DNA from: an uncultured Planctomycetota bacterium
GTDB taxonomy: Bacteria; Planctomycetota; Planctomycetia; Isosphaerales; Isosphaeraceae
DNA length: 64,000 nt
Direction: 5' to 3'
Assembly: GCA_963823665.1 (NCBI GenBank)
Contig: CAWGMQ010000004.1
Location: 2,848,001 to 2,912,000 of the forward strand
Shown: piece by piece, positions 10,648-21,517 of the stretch
How the letters are laid out: every line of letters starts with the position of its first letter
How positions within the stretch are numbered: position 1 is the first letter of the stretch
Notes under the pieces: generated by a model
Told to the model about the DNA's origin: nothing
Database searches by the model: none
Seen by the model: the letters and a program-made list of their open reading frames with translations, nothing else
Position numbers and translations under genes: made by a program

Positions 10648-10977
10648 CGACTGATCTCCGATCCTCTCCGGTCGCGGGGCGATTCTGATTCACTGCGAAC
10701 GAAAGCCGGTGCGTTCGCCCCTGGGACCAATGAACTATCCCGTATCGAGTTCTCCGCGTAACCCGTGAAGTCATTTTGCCCTGCTTAGCGGTGTTCGTGC
10801 AAATAATTCGCGGCGGGGCGTCGAACGAGTGATTCCGAAAGGACCGAACAGGCACGGACGTTCGCGATAGTTGTTTCTGAAATGGAGCGGAGTAAACTGG
10901 AAGGCGCTCGAGGGGACGCTTCGTTCCATCGCATCGGCGAATTCGTCAATCCGGCTGGATTTCAGAAGGACACGAGC

Positions 10978-11460
10978 GTGTTTAAAACGAAAAACGATCT
11001 GCCCGAAGCCGTACGCGCGAAGGCCATCGACTTGCTCAACGCGCGGCTTGCCGACTGCATCGACTTGCAAACACAAACCAAGCAGGCCCACTGGAACGTC
11101 AAGGGGCCGAATTTCATCGGACTGCACGAGCTCTTTGATAAGGTCTATTCGGCAGTTGGGGAGTACGTCGACGAGATTGCCGAGCGTGCCGTGCAACTGG
11201 GCGGGGTGGCGCACGGGACTGCGCGCACCGTGGCAAAGCAGAGTACCTTGAGCGAATACCCGGCGGGTGCCGTCGATGGCCGGAGCCACGTCGACGCGCT
11301 ATCGGCGGTTCTGGCCTCGTTCGGGAAGACCGCGCGTAAGGCGATCGACGAAGCCAACGATCTGGGCGACCTCGATACGGCCGATTTGTTCACCGAAGTC
11401 TCTCGCGGCATCGACAAGTGGCTCTGGTTCGTCGAGGCGCATCTGCAAGCAGAGCGATGA
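10978..11460 (+). CDS. dps: DNA starvation/stationary-phase protection protein Dps
   Basis: KQAHWNVKGPNFIGLHELFD, DEIAER, DKWLWFVEAH. GTG start after AAGGA. Confidence 0.95.
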   Translation: MFKTKNDLPEAVRAKAIDLLNARLADCIDLQTQTKQAHWNVKGPNFIGLHELFDKVYSAVGEYVDEIAERAVQLGGVAHGTARTVAKQSTLSEYPAGAVDGRSHVDALSAVLASFGKTARKAIDEANDLGDLDTADLFTEVSRGIDKWLWFVEAHLQAER

Positions 11461-12200
11461 GCACGGCGCAGTCTGTCACTAACCCAGAACGATCCTGGCC
11501 TGTGCCTGCCCTTGACGCACTGGTGGTCGCCCCTCACCCGGATGACGCCGAGCTGGGGGTGGGCGGTACGATCGTGCGCCTGATTCAGCAGGGGTGGAAG
11601 GTCGGGATCCTGGATTTGACGGACGGAGAGCCGACTCCGCTGGGAACCCGCGAGCGTCGCGCGAGTGAGACCGCCGCGGCCAACGCCGCGCTGGGAAGCC
11701 CATGGCGAAAAAACCTGGGCCTTCCGAACCGGAGTCTTGAGCCCACGTTGCTTCATCGACGGGCGGTGGCGGCTATTTTTCGCCAGGTGAGGCCGCGACT
11801 GGTTCTTGCGCCTTACTGGGAGGACGCACATCCCGACCACACGGCCGCGACCAAGCTCGTGGAAGACGCCCGTTTCTGGAGCAAGCTATCCCGGTCGGAC
11901 ATCGCGGGTGAGCCGTTTCATCCGGCGCGTGTTCTCTATTATTTCAGCGTGCATCTCCGAATCGTCGAGCGGCCCAGTTTTGTTGTCGACATCTCTGAAC
12001 AGCTCGAGGATAAAGTCGCGGCCCTGCGATGCTATCGGTCGCAGCTTGTCGACAATCAGCCGACGGGCGGGCAGGGCGTGATCGAGGCGGTGTGTGATCG
12101 CACGCGATTCTGGGGGCATTTGGTGGGTGTGCGGCATGGGGAGCCGCTGGCGAGCCGGGAGCCAATCGGTCTGAAGGGGTTGGATCAGTTGCTGCTTTGA
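11457..12200 (+). CDS. bshB1: PIG-L family deacetylase, BshB1-like
   Basis: APHPDDAELG, LDLTDGE, DAHPDH motifs. ATGA overlap with dps. Confidence 0.8.
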   Translation: MSTAQSVTNPERSWPVPALDALVVAPHPDDAELGVGGTIVRLIQQGWKVGILDLTDGEPTPLGTRERRASETAAANAALGSPWRKNLGLPNRSLEPTLLHRRAVAAIFRQVRPRLVLAPYWEDAHPDHTAATKLVEDARFWSKLSRSDIAGEPFHPARVLYYFSVHLRIVERPSFVVDISEQLEDKVAALRCYRSQLVDNQPTGGQGVIEAVCDRTRFWGHLVGVRHGEPLASREPIGLKGLDQLLL

Positions 12201-12312
12201 GGATGGCCACCGGAGGGAACCCCCCCTGGCTCCCCCTTCTGGAGGGGGGAAGCTTGCGCAACATACGCCGCGGGAAATCAACGTCCCGTCTTCCGAAATC
12301 GCGAATACCCGC

Positions 12313-12963
12313 TTATTGTCGTACCGCGACGCGGCGGCCGTGGATTTCGAGGCCGCCTTCGGCAAAGAGGGTGATGGCGTCGGGGAGCGCCTTGCACTCT
12401 TCCTTGAACACGCGAGCGGCGAGTGACTGAGGCGTGTCGCGCTCGAGGACCGGCACGGCGCGCTGGAGAATGATCGGGCCTTTGTCATAGGAATCGTCGA
12501 CGAAGTGCACGGTGCAGCCGCTCAGCTTCACCCCGGCATCCAGGACCGCTTTGTGGACCTTCAAGCCATAAAAGCCCTTGCCACAGAAGGACGGGATCAA
12601 GGCGGGATGAACGTTGATGACTCGTCCCCGATAGTCGGGCGGAATGCGCAAAAGTGAGAGGAAGCCGGCGAGGATAACGAGCTCAGAGCCGCTGTGGCGG
12701 ATCGGATCGAACACCGATGCGCTGAACTCGGCCGTTGAGCGGGCGTGGTAGTTGGCCAGAGCCAGCGGGATGCGTGCGGCCTCAGCCCGAGCGATGGCGC
12801 CGATGCGTGGCCGGCTCGCGACGACGTGGACGATTTCCGCGCGAAGCTTGCGCGACTTGATCCGGTCGATCAGGTTCTGGAGCGTGGTGCCTTCGCCGGA
12901 AACGCACACGGCGAGCCGGATCGGTGGGCTGGTGATCGGCGGGTCTCGCAGAGCTTGAGCCAT
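12313..12963 (-). CDS. purN: Phosphoribosylglycinamide formyltransferase
   Basis: SGEGTTLQ, LAGF, INVHPALIPSF, GCTVHFVD..YDKGPII. Confidence 0.95.
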   Translation of the reverse strand: MAQALRDPPITSPPIRLAVCVSGEGTTLQNLIDRIKSRKLRAEIVHVVASRPRIGAIARAEAARIPLALANYHARSTAEFSASVFDPIRHSGSELVILAGFLSLLRIPPDYRGRVINVHPALIPSFCGKGFYGLKVHKAVLDAGVKLSGCTVHFVDDSYDKGPIILQRAVPVLERDTPQSLAARVFKEECKALPDAITLFAEGGLEIHGRRVAVRQ

Positions 12964-13216
12964 GGCGCGCGGTCTCCCTGAGGTGGGTCTTTCTCAATTA
13001 TGAAGCTCGGTTAAGAGAATGCCAAACGGCTACAGACGGACGCAGGCCGCACAACCCGTACGACCGCCTTGACCCGCATGACCAGAGCCGGCCCAGCGTG
13101 TGAGTCGAACTTTGCGGATCGATATGCAACACAATTTGCGACAACCAGTTACGCCGAACTGCCTCTTTTCAGCCAAAGCGTTCTGATTCCTACCCGCCAA
13201 GTGAGGCATCACCGTA

Positions 13217-13488
13217 TGAGGAACGGGGATCAGGTCGGTAACTTCAAGGGAGGCGCGAAACCCACGCAGTCCGCCATCCTCGGCGGCGACCAAGCGCTGA
13301 CGATCGCCCAGAGGGACGCCACGGGCGTCTACCGTGATTTGGCCTCTTTTCGTATCCAACTCGCGCTAGAAGACGACGGTTGGCACGTGGACTACGATCT
13401 GAAGGATCCGCGACTCAAAGGTGGCGAGCCGCACTATCTGATTGATGCTCACACCGGCGCGATTCTGACGAAGCGTTATGAGCAGTGA
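13217..13488 (+). CDS. Small hypothetical protein
   Basis: Globular-looking C-terminus GWHVDYDLKDPRLKGGEPHYLIDAHTGAILTKRYEQ, convergent with ileS. The start is uncertain. Confidence 0.55.
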
Positions 13489-16292
13489 CTAGGCTTCTCC
13501 GGAGCGAAGCGCGGTCACGACTCGCGTGCAGCGGTTGCACAACGCCGGGTGTTCGGGGCTTTGGCCGACGGTGGGTCGGTAATTCCAGCAGCGCTCGCAC
13601 TTGGCATGGGGCGATCGGTCGGCGACGATCGACTCGGTCGACGCGGCGGGGTCTGCGACGATCTCCACCTCGGAGACGTTGCAGATGGACGCGAGCAGGT
13701 CGCGCTCCGGCGAGAGCTGCTCGGGGCGATTCGTCGTGATACGCACGCGCGCTTCCTGGGCACTGCCGATTTGCTTGCTCTTCCGCAGGCCTTCGAGCGC
13801 TCGAAGCACTTGCTCCCGAACTTCGAGGAGGGTGGTCCAGCGGGCTGCGCGATCTGCATCATCCCAGCGCGGGTCGGGGTCGGGAAACTCAGTGAGATGG
13901 ACGCTTGCGGGCTTGTCTTTGCCGGAGGGGCGATAATCCCACGATTCCTCGGCGGTGTGCGGGATGATGGGCGCGATCAAGCGTGTCAGGTTGTCGTGAA
14001 GGCGGGCCATCACGAACTGGGCGGCGCGTCGCTCGGGCCCTGTCGGGAGCTCGGTGTAGAGGCGGTCTTTCAAGACGTCCAAGTAGAAGCTGGAGAGCTC
14101 CACGGAGCAAAACTGATAGATGCGCTGGTAGACGCGGTAGAACTCGAAACGCTCGTAATCGGCCCGGGCGTCGCGGATGACTCCGTTAAGCTGTCCGAGC
14201 ATCCAGGTATCAATTTCCTGCACGGAGGCGGGGTCGACTTCCGAGGGATCAAACCGCGCGTAGTCTTCGAGGTTGCCCAGCAGGTAGCGAAAGGTGTTGC
14301 GGATCTTGCGATAGGCCTCGGACATTTCCTTGATTCCGCGCTCGCTGATGCTGATGTCGTCGGCGTAGTCCATGCTGGCGACGTAGAGGCGCAGGACGTC
14401 GGCGCCGTAGCGATCGACCATCACATCGGCAGCGATGTAGTTACCCAGCGACTTGGAAATCTTGCGTTTGTGCTCGTCGACAACGAATCCGTGCGTCAGA
14501 ACGTTCTCGAACGGGGCGGCCCCGGTGGTTCCGACGGCGGTCAAGATTGACGACTGGAACCAGCCGCGGTGCTGGTCGGAGCCTTCCAGATACATGAAGG
14601 CCGGAAAGCCCAGGCCGTAATCCTGGCTGAGGACGGCGCGATGGCTCGAGCCGGACTCGAACCAGACGTCGAGGATGTCTCCCTCTTTGCGGAACGATGC
14701 TCCACGGCATTGGGGGCATGCCGCTCCCGATGGCAGCAGCTCCTCTACGGGAAGCGTGAACCAGGCGTCGGCCCCTTTTGCGCGAAACAGGTCTCGAAAG
14801 TGCCGGACGGTTTCGGCCGAGAGCAACTGGGCGTGGCATGACGTGCAGCCAAGCGCGGGGATCGGCACGCCCCACGAACGCTGGCGGCTGATGCACCAAT
14901 CGGGCGCAGGGAGACCATCGATTCGATCCGCGTTTTTCCCCAGGACGGCAGCCACTGGACCTCACCGATCCTCTGCAAGGTGCGGGTGCGGAGGTCATCA
15001 TGGTCTACGGAGATGAACCACTGTTCGGTCGCGCGGAAGATCACGGGCTTCTTGCAGCGCCAGCAGTGCGGATAGCTATGCGACAGCGGCTGCTCGTGAA
15101 ACAGATGGCCGGACTCTCGCAGCTTGTCGACGATCACGGGGTTAGCGGCAAAGACCTGGCGGCCGGAGAGCCAGTCGGGGGCGTCTGCGGTGAAGCGCCC
15201 GGACTCGTCGACGGGGCTCAGGACGGGAAGGTGATAGGCTCGCCCGGTCTGGTAATCTTCCGCACCATGACCGGGGGCGGTGTGGACCAGCCCGGTGCCG
15301 TCCTCGACGCTGACGTACTGGGCCAGCACGACGGGGCTCGACCGGTCGATGAAAGGGTGGCGGTAGATGGTGCCTTGCAATTCCCTGCCGAGGAACCGGT
15401 CGCCCTTCGTGAATTTGACGATACCGCGTAACCCCAGCACCTTCGCTCCGAGCTCTGCCGCGAGGATCGTCTGCGTTGGCTGGCCCGTCGTGGGATCCTT
15501 ATAGCGAAATACCGCATACTCCAGGTCTGGGTGCACCGCTACCGCCACATTGGCCGGCAAGGTCCACGGCGTGGTGGTCCAGATCATCAAATTCGGCGCG
15601 GCAATTCCCCAAGATGCGGACGCACTGGGGACGATGGGAAAGTTCACGAAAATGCTGGGCGTGGACGCTTCCTGGTATTCCAGCTCTGCCTCGGCCAGGG
15701 CCGTGCGGTCGGAGATACACCAATGGATGGGTTTGAGCTGGCGCTCGACGTAGCCCTGTTCGAGCAGGTCGGCGAGGACATCGAGGATGCCGGCTTCATA
15801 GCGGGGGTCGAGGGTGAGATACGGATGGAACCAATCACCGAGGACGCCCAGCCGCATGAATTGCCTGCGCTGGATGTCGACCCACTTCATCGCCTCGGTG
15901 TGGCAGAGTGCGCGGATTTCCGCGTGGCTCATCGTCTGAGCTTTTGAGCCCAGGTCCTTGACGACCTTGTGTTCGATGGGGAGACCGTGGCAATCCCAGC
16001 CGGGAACGTAAGGGCTGTTGAACCCGGCCATCGTCAGCGAGCGGACGACGATATCCTTGAGCACCTTGTTGAGCAGCGTGCCCATGTGAATCTCGCCGTT
16101 GGCATAGGGAGGGCCGTCGTGTAAGACCCGTAGCGGCCGGCCGGCGCGGGATTTGCGCACCTGTGCGTGCAAGTCTTGTTCGGACCAGCGGGCCTGAATC
16201 TGCGGCTCGCGCACCTGCAGATTGGCCTTCATATCGAACTTCGTGGCCGGGAGGTTCAGCGTCTCTTTGTAGGGCTTGGCAGACGTCGACAT
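13489..16292 (-). CDS. ileS: Isoleucine-tRNA ligase, type 1 (frameshift near 14905, probably a sequencing error)
   Basis: HDGPPYANG, GWDCHGLPIE, WTTTPWTLP, GTGLVHTAPGHG, DWCISRQRSWG, EGSDQHRGWF, KISKS and a C-terminal CERC...CNRC zinc finger, spread over two ORFs. Confidence 0.95.
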
Positions 16293-16294
16293 TT

Positions 16295-17125
16295 TCAGCC
16301 CGCCCACCGCTTGAGAACTCCGCGAACGATGGCTCGCAACTTGCTCTCGGCCTCATTCGCCACGGCGATGATTTCTTCGATCTGCACGGGATGCAAGGCG
16401 TCAGGGAGGCACATGTCGGTGATGATCGAGAAACCCAGGACTTTGAGACCGGCGTGCACGGCGACCAGCACCTCGGGAACTGTTGACATTCCCACGACGT
16501 CGGCACCCATTCCGCGGAGGAACCGGTACTCGGCGCGGGTTTCGAGGTTTGGGCCCACCACTGCGACGTAGACACCGCGGTGGGCAACAATGTTCTCTTC
16601 GAGCGCCACGGCGAGGGCCAGATCCTGGAGGTTTCGGTCGTAAGGCTCGATCAGGTCAGGGAATCGGGGGCCCAGCCGATCGTCATTGGGCCCGATAAGC
16701 GGGTTGAGCCCCATGAAGTTGATGTGGTCTTCGATGACGATCAGGTCGCCTTTTTTGTGGAGCGGGTTGAGGCCGCCCGCGGCGTTGGAGACGATCAGGA
16801 GCTGGCAGCCCAGCTCCTTCATCACTCGGATCGGAAAGGTGACCTGCCAGGGCGAATAACCTTCGTAGAGGTGAAAGCGCCCTTCCATGGCGAGCACGGA
16901 GTGACCGGAGAGGCGCCCGCAGACCAGTTGACCGCGGTGGCTCTCGACGGTTGATCGAGGGAAGAACGGGATTTCGGGATAGGGGATCGCGGCTTCGGTC
17001 TCGATTTCCCGCGCAAGGGCACCCAAGCCGGTTCCGAGAACGATGCCCACGCGGGGGGCGCCGGACCATCGTGAGCGAATGAGCCCGGCCGCTTCCTGGA
17101 CGTGCTCCCATTCATGCCGTGTCAT
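16295..17125 (-). CDS. punA: Purine-nucleoside phosphorylase (trimeric type)
   Basis: [38 protein letters not shown]. Confidence 0.93.
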   Translation of the reverse strand: MTRHEWEHVQEAAGLIRSRWSGAPRVGIVLGTGLGALAREIETEAAIPYPEIPFFPRSTVESHRGQLVCGRLSGHSVLAMEGRFHLYEGYSPWQVTFPIRVMKELGCQLLIVSNAAGGLNPLHKKGDLIVIEDHINFMGLNPLIGPNDDRLGPRFPDLIEPYDRNLQDLALAVALEENIVAHRGVYVAVVGPNLETRAEYRFLRGMGADVVGMSTVPEVLVAVHAGLKVLGFSIITDMCLPDALHPVQIEEIIAVANEAESKLRAIVRGVLKRWAG

Positions 17126-17126
17126 A

Positions 17127-17570
17127 TCAGGTCACCACGAAGCCGAACCGGCGAAGGAGGCGAGCGAAGCGCGGGTCGCGACGGAGGGATTTCAAGTCGG
17201 GATCGCGGCGCAATCGGCGTGCGGTACGATAGCCCAGCTCGAGCGCTTTCTGGAGTGCGGAAAAGGCGGGCTCGATCATGCCCAGAACGGCGAAGCTGCA
17301 GGCGAGGTTGTACCAGACGACGGGGTCTTCCGGGGCCAGCCGGACCAGGCGGCGGTCGATTTGAAGGGCGCGTCCATACTGGCCTTTGGCCGCCAAGTTG
17401 TCGGCGTGGACGCGCAGCGCCTCGACGAAGAACGGCTCTCGCTCGAGGATCCGCCCCAGAAACTCGAGCTCGAAGTCGATCTGGCTCTGCTCGCGCAGCC
17501 GCCGCGTCGAGGTCTCGGGAGCGGGGCCTTCCGGCGATGAATCGCCCGGACGATCCAGGGGTGCGGCCAT
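17127..17570 (-). CDS. TPR-repeat protein
   Basis: [15 protein letters not shown]...ALELGY...[15 protein letters not shown]/end-capping motif. Confidence 0.8.
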   Translation of the reverse strand: MAAPLDRPGDSSPEGPAPETSTRRLREQSQIDFELEFLGRILEREPFFVEALRVHADNLAAKGQYGRALQIDRRLVRLAPEDPVVWYNLACSFAVLGMIEPAFSALQKALELGYRTARRLRRDPDLKSLRRDPRFARLLRRFGFVVT

Positions 17571-17761
17571 CGCAGAAATCTCCCTCCCGACGAGTTGCGG
17601 AGCGCCTCAGCGGAGCCGGGACGGACCGGAGGCGATCTCCGAAGACAAAGCGAACCGACGTTGCCATGAGCTCTCAAGAGCCGGTCCACAATAGCCGGGA
17701 GGATACCTTCTCGACAAGACGCCAGCCATCAATTGTCAACGGTAGCATCCATGCAGAAAAC

Positions 17762-17803
17762 AAAAAAAGCCGGAGCCGCGATTCGAGATTGACTCGCGCG
17801 GCT
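17762..17803 (-). terminator. Probable intrinsic terminator after the acidic protein gene
   Basis: Minus strand AGCCGCG...CGCGGCT hairpin followed by CCGGC and T7. Confidence 0.55.
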
Positions 17804-17833
17804 TGGGCTCGAGTTTTCAGGAGCGCAATTCGA

Positions 17834-18229
17834 TCAGGGCTCGTCGGGCTCTTCGTCCTCGTCGTCGTCGAGGCCGCCCAAGTCGTCGTCGTCGTCGAAG
17901 TCTTCGTCGTCCTCGTCGATATCGATGTCCTCGATCTCGTCGTCGAGTTCTTCGTCGATATCGTCTTCATCCTCCTCGTCAAAATCTTCCTCGTCAAACT
18001 CTTCGTCATCCTCGTCGTCGTCGAAGTCATCGTCGTCGAGGTCTTCCTCGTCGTCGAATTCTTCGTCGTCGGCAACTTCCTCCTCCTCGCTGGCGTCTCG
18101 GGCGAAGAGAGGCGGGGTGGAAACCGACCAGGGATCATCAAAAGCGCTTGTGCCAGTGGGGCCGGCGAACCGGGCGAGTAATTCGAGCCTGTCGAGCATG
18201 GATTCAGTCCTCAGTCGAAGGGAGTTCAT
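17834..18229 (-). CDS. Small, extremely Asp/Glu-rich protein
   Basis: C-terminal stretch of about 85 residues is mostly D/E with periodic F/L/I; a terminator follows. Start is 18229 or 18199. Confidence 0.7.
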   Translation of the reverse strand: MNSLRLRTESMLDRLELLARFAGPTGTSAFDDPWSVSTPPLFARDASEEEEVADDEEFDDEEDLDDDDFDDDEDDEEFDEEDFDEEDEDDIDEELDDEIEDIDIDEDDEDFDDDDDLGGLDDDEDEEPDEP

Positions 18230-18494
18230 CGGGCAATTCCCCCTAACCAACGCGCTGTTGATGGCCGATTCGCTGCTTGGGTGAACGCTGTTCCTGCCGA
18301 GAGCGGAGCCATAGTCGTAGTCAAGGAGACACTTCATTGTCAAGTATCGAATTCAGCGAGATTCCGCCGTTTCGGGGCACAGGTCAAAAGCCCGCGTCCG
18401 ATCGATCGAACTCTCGCCGCTTGTGGTCGTTGAGAAGATCACTCACGTGGATTTGGTCGGCATGCCGGGCAACCGACCTTGAAAGATGATGGTG

Positions 18495-19514
18495 TCATAT
18501 CAGACGAACGAACTGTCCGGTCGCCGCCGATCGTCCGATTGCTTCGAGAAGTCGCACGGATTCCAGGGCTTCGCCGGCCGGACAACAAAGAGGAGTGTCG
18601 GTCAGGAGTGCAGCAACAAAGTTGCTATCAATTGAGTGGTCAGGCGGTGGCAGGGGGACCTCATGCCGTGATCCGTCCGGCTTTTCTTCAAAAAGCTGCT
18701 GATCGGTTGCATGCAACTGCCCGGACTCACCGTAGAACGTCAATGCAAACTCGGCCCGCGCGGCGATGCCGGAGACGGCGAGGGAAACTGGTGTTCCGTT
18801 CAGTAGTCGGATGCTGGCGGCCGTCACGAGATCGATCGACGCGTCACGGTCGCGCTGGCTCTGGATGGCGCCGACCTCGCCGGCCTTCTGTCCCGCGGTC
18901 CAGAGAAGTGCGTCGATCAAGTGGTCGCCGGCGTCAGCCAGGATGCCAGATCCGGCCACCTTCGGGTCAAATCGCCAGTTGCTCTCTTCGCGGGCGAGGG
19001 TGCTCAACCAGGGGCGGGCGAGCAAGGCGGTCACGAATCGTAGATTTCCGATCTCACCAGCCGCCACCCGGCGGCGAGCCTCGATCAGGCTGGGGCAGAG
19101 GCGAAACTGGTGGCCAACGCCGACCTTCCGTGCGCGGGCCCGTGCCAGGCTCACGATGTCGGCGGCCTCTTGGGAATTGGTTGTGAGCGGCTTTTCGATG
19201 AACACATGGCAACCTGCCTGGAGGGCGTCCATCGTGAGGCGGTAGTGGGAGAGGTGGGGCGTGAAGATCGCGAGGGCGTCAGGTGCTTGCTGGCGCAGGA
19301 GCTCGCGGTGGTCGGAATACGCCGGGGCGGACTTGCGGCTCGTGACCGGGGTAGCGTGCAACGAAATGCGATCGGCAAGTGCGAGTGCTGATGGAAGGTT
19401 GGAGTCGGCGCAGCCGATCACCTCGACATTCTCGAGTGCGAGCAAGCGATCCAGATGGATGCGGGCGGCCAAACCGCAACCGGCGATCCCGATCCGAACA
19501 ACCGACGTGCTCAT
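18495..19514 (-). CDS. Gfo/Idh/MocA family oxidoreductase
   Basis: IGIAGCG, HVFIEKPL, GSGILADAGDHLID. Confidence 0.9.
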   Translation of the reverse strand: MSTSVVRIGIAGCGLAARIHLDRLLALENVEVIGCADSNLPSALALADRISLHATPVTSRKSAPAYSDHRELLRQQAPDALAIFTPHLSHYRLTMDALQAGCHVFIEKPLTTNSQEAADIVSLARARARKVGVGHQFRLCPSLIEARRRVAAGEIGNLRFVTALLARPWLSTLAREESNWRFDPKVAGSGILADAGDHLIDALLWTAGQKAGEVGAIQSQRDRDASIDLVTAASIRLLNGTPVSLAVSGIAARAEFALTFYGESGQLHATDQQLFEEKPDGSRHEVPLPPPDHSIDSNFVAALLTDTPLCCPAGEALESVRLLEAIGRSAATGQFVRLI

Positions 19515-19925
19515 GATGCCTGCATTCGCCTCGCAACGGTTGTTTCAACGGCTCTGGAATCGGACGCGCTTTGGTGTTTTGGTGTTGCCGGGAGACCCGC
19601 CCCGGAAACGGCCTTAATCCCAGCAGCATAACCGCTTCTCGTCAAGAGTGTATCCGGCATGTCAAGGGCCTTGTGGATTTTTCTAGAGCGACGGGGAACT
19701 TTGCTGCGAAAGGGCTGATTTCCAGGGCAAAAAGTTGTGTGGCCGCTCGCTGAGAAAGCCGGGATGATTGGGCGAAGGAGCCGGTTGCGTGGGACAGCGG
19801 TGTCAGGGCTTCGAACCGGGGGCTTCCCGCGTCCGTGATTGCGCTCTGTCAGGGGTGGGCGAATTTTGCCAGCCGTGAAGGCTCGCTCAAGGCCGACGTG
19901 CAACGCCCGTGGTTGTCTGGCCGCC

Positions 19926-19955
19926 TTGACGTGAACCGGAATCAAGGTTTATCGT
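19926..19955 (+). promoter_or_regulatory. Possible sigma70 promoter for tRNA-His
   Basis: TTGACG-N18-TATCGT about 25 nt upstream of the tRNA. Confidence 0.4.
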
Positions 19956-19979
19956 GTCGAACGAAGTGATCGTGCTGAT

Positions 19980-20053
19980 GGTGGGTGTGGCCTAGCGGTT
20001 AAGGCACCAGATTGTGGATCTGGGGATCGCGGGTTCAAATCCCGTCACCCACC
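19980..20053 (+). tRNA. tRNA-His(GTG)
   Basis: G-1/C73, acceptor GTGGGTG/CACCCAC, anticodon arm CCAGA-TTGTGGA-TCTGG, T arm GCGGG-TTCAAAT-CCCGT. Confidence 0.95.
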
Positions 20054-20295
20054 CTGTTCCTCGCGCCGCAGCTTGAAAGGGAGACGCCCCGAGCGCCTCG
20101 CCGTCCGCCGCTTGGCCGTGCTTGATCCTCTTGCTGATCAATATGCGCCGTTTTGGGAAAGATGCGGTGGGTTTTCCGGTGGAAAAACACAGTGCCAGAC
20201 CGGTTCGGCCGAAGTTGTCGTCTTTCCAGTGTGAAACAGCTCTTATTTGCGCGCTGGATCAGCTATTTCGTTGCGCGTGGGTCGGTCGGGTCTAC

Positions 20296-20574
20296 TCAGG
20301 AGCTCCGGCGTCTGGAGCCGTGTGAGAAGACGGACCATCGCTCCTCCGTGAGCCGGGTGATCCGAAAAGCGGACGAGGTGATGCGATCGGCGATCAAGAC
20401 GCAAACGAAGATTCCCACCATGCTGAGGACCAGGCCTGAATCACCCCAGCCGCTGGGTGGCGCGAAGAGCGCTTGAAGAACAAAGTGCGCCGGCAAGTAG
20501 AGAGCGAGACCCAGGAAGAGCGTCAGAATCGTGAAGGCCAGCTTGAGCAAAGCTCGGTTCATTCTTTGGTACAC
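20296..20574 (-). CDS. Small membrane protein (2 TM)
   Basis: Two hydrophobic helices; lies 9 nt downstream of the adaptor gene. Confidence 0.55.
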   Translation of the reverse strand: MYQRMNRALLKLAFTILTLFLGLALYLPAHFVLQALFAPPSGWGDSGLVLSMVGIFVCVLIADRITSSAFRITRLTEERWSVFSHGSRRRSS

Positions 20575-20583
20575 GGCGGCGGC

Positions 20584-21513
20584 TCACTCGTGTTTTGCGG
20601 GGACTTCTTTCGCGGCCGCGTCGCCGATCGCGATTTCGACGCGCTGGCCGAGTTTCAGCGTGCAGGGCTCGCGGAATGCGACTTTCACGCGGAGGACGCG
20701 CGTGTCAGAGGACCGGCCGGGGTCTTCGGGGCGGAGGCGGCGAGGAACGACCACGTCGGCGATTTCCTCGACCTCGGCCCGAAAGTGGCGCGGGGGGTAA
20801 CCTTCGGCGGTGATGGTTGCGACGGCTCCCGCCGCGACTGATTCGATGTCGAATTCATCGACCTCAGCCTCGACTCGCAGGCGGTTCAAGTTGACGATCG
20901 TCAGCAGCGGGGAAGCGGCATTGACCGTTTCGCCGGGCTCGACATTGCACTCGATGATCACGCCGTCGATCGGTGCGACGATGCGGTACTTGGCCAGCTC
21001 GGCTTCGAGGCGGTCGATCGTCGCCTTGGCGGCGTCGCGGCGAGCCGTGGCGGCCGAAAGCGCGTCGCGGCGGGCGTCAGGTGGCTGCGGCTCTCTGGCG
21101 GTCACGACGGGGAGGATGCGATCCAGCCGGCTGCGAACCTGTTCCAGACGGAGGGCCACTTCGACCTCAGTCAGACGATGATGGGCTTCCCGCAGGGCGG
21201 CCTGCACTTCGTCGGAACGGAGCTCAGCCAGGGGGTCACCCTTCTTGACGGCGGCTTTTTCGTGCACGGGCATATGGACGATCGTTCCCAGGACCTCGGT
21301 GCTGACGGTGACTCGAGCACCCGGGTAGGCGACCACCCGGCCCTCGGCCGTGATTCGCGGGAACGGCCCGTCCGGTGCGATGGAATGGAGCCGCACCGGG
21401 CCGGCGTCGGCCTGGTTGGCGATCGTCCGGACCGATCGCCAGGTGACGGCGATCGCCACGACCAAACCGGCCGCGGGCAACACGATTCGGCCGAGGAACA
21501 TGGAGAAAGACAT
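20584..21513 (-). CDS. HlyD/DevB-type periplasmic adaptor
   Basis: AEGRVVAYPG, coiled coil, IVAPIDGVI...GETV, EAEVDEFDI. Confidence 0.88.
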   Translation of the reverse strand: MSFSMFLGRIVLPAAGLVVAIAVTWRSVRTIANQADAGPVRLHSIAPDGPFPRITAEGRVVAYPGARVTVSTEVLGTIVHMPVHEKAAVKKGDPLAELRSDEVQAALREAHHRLTEVEVALRLEQVRSRLDRILPVVTAREPQPPDARRDALSAATARRDAAKATIDRLEAELAKYRIVAPIDGVIIECNVEPGETVNAASPLLTIVNLNRLRVEAEVDEFDIESVAAGAVATITAEGYPPRHFRAEVEEIADVVVPRRLRPEDPGRSSDTRVLRVKVAFREPCTLKLGQRVEIAIGDAAAKEVPAKHE

Positions 21514-21517
21514 TGCG

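Noticed and set aside
14745..14955. Naturally split or programmed-frameshift ileS
   Set aside because: One missing C in a short run restores RPDWCISRQR. There is no slippery heptamer, and similar indels occur throughout the window.
17925..18284. Poly-Ser and Thr/Arg-rich ORFs
   Set aside because: Alternative frames or strand of the D/E-rich gene.
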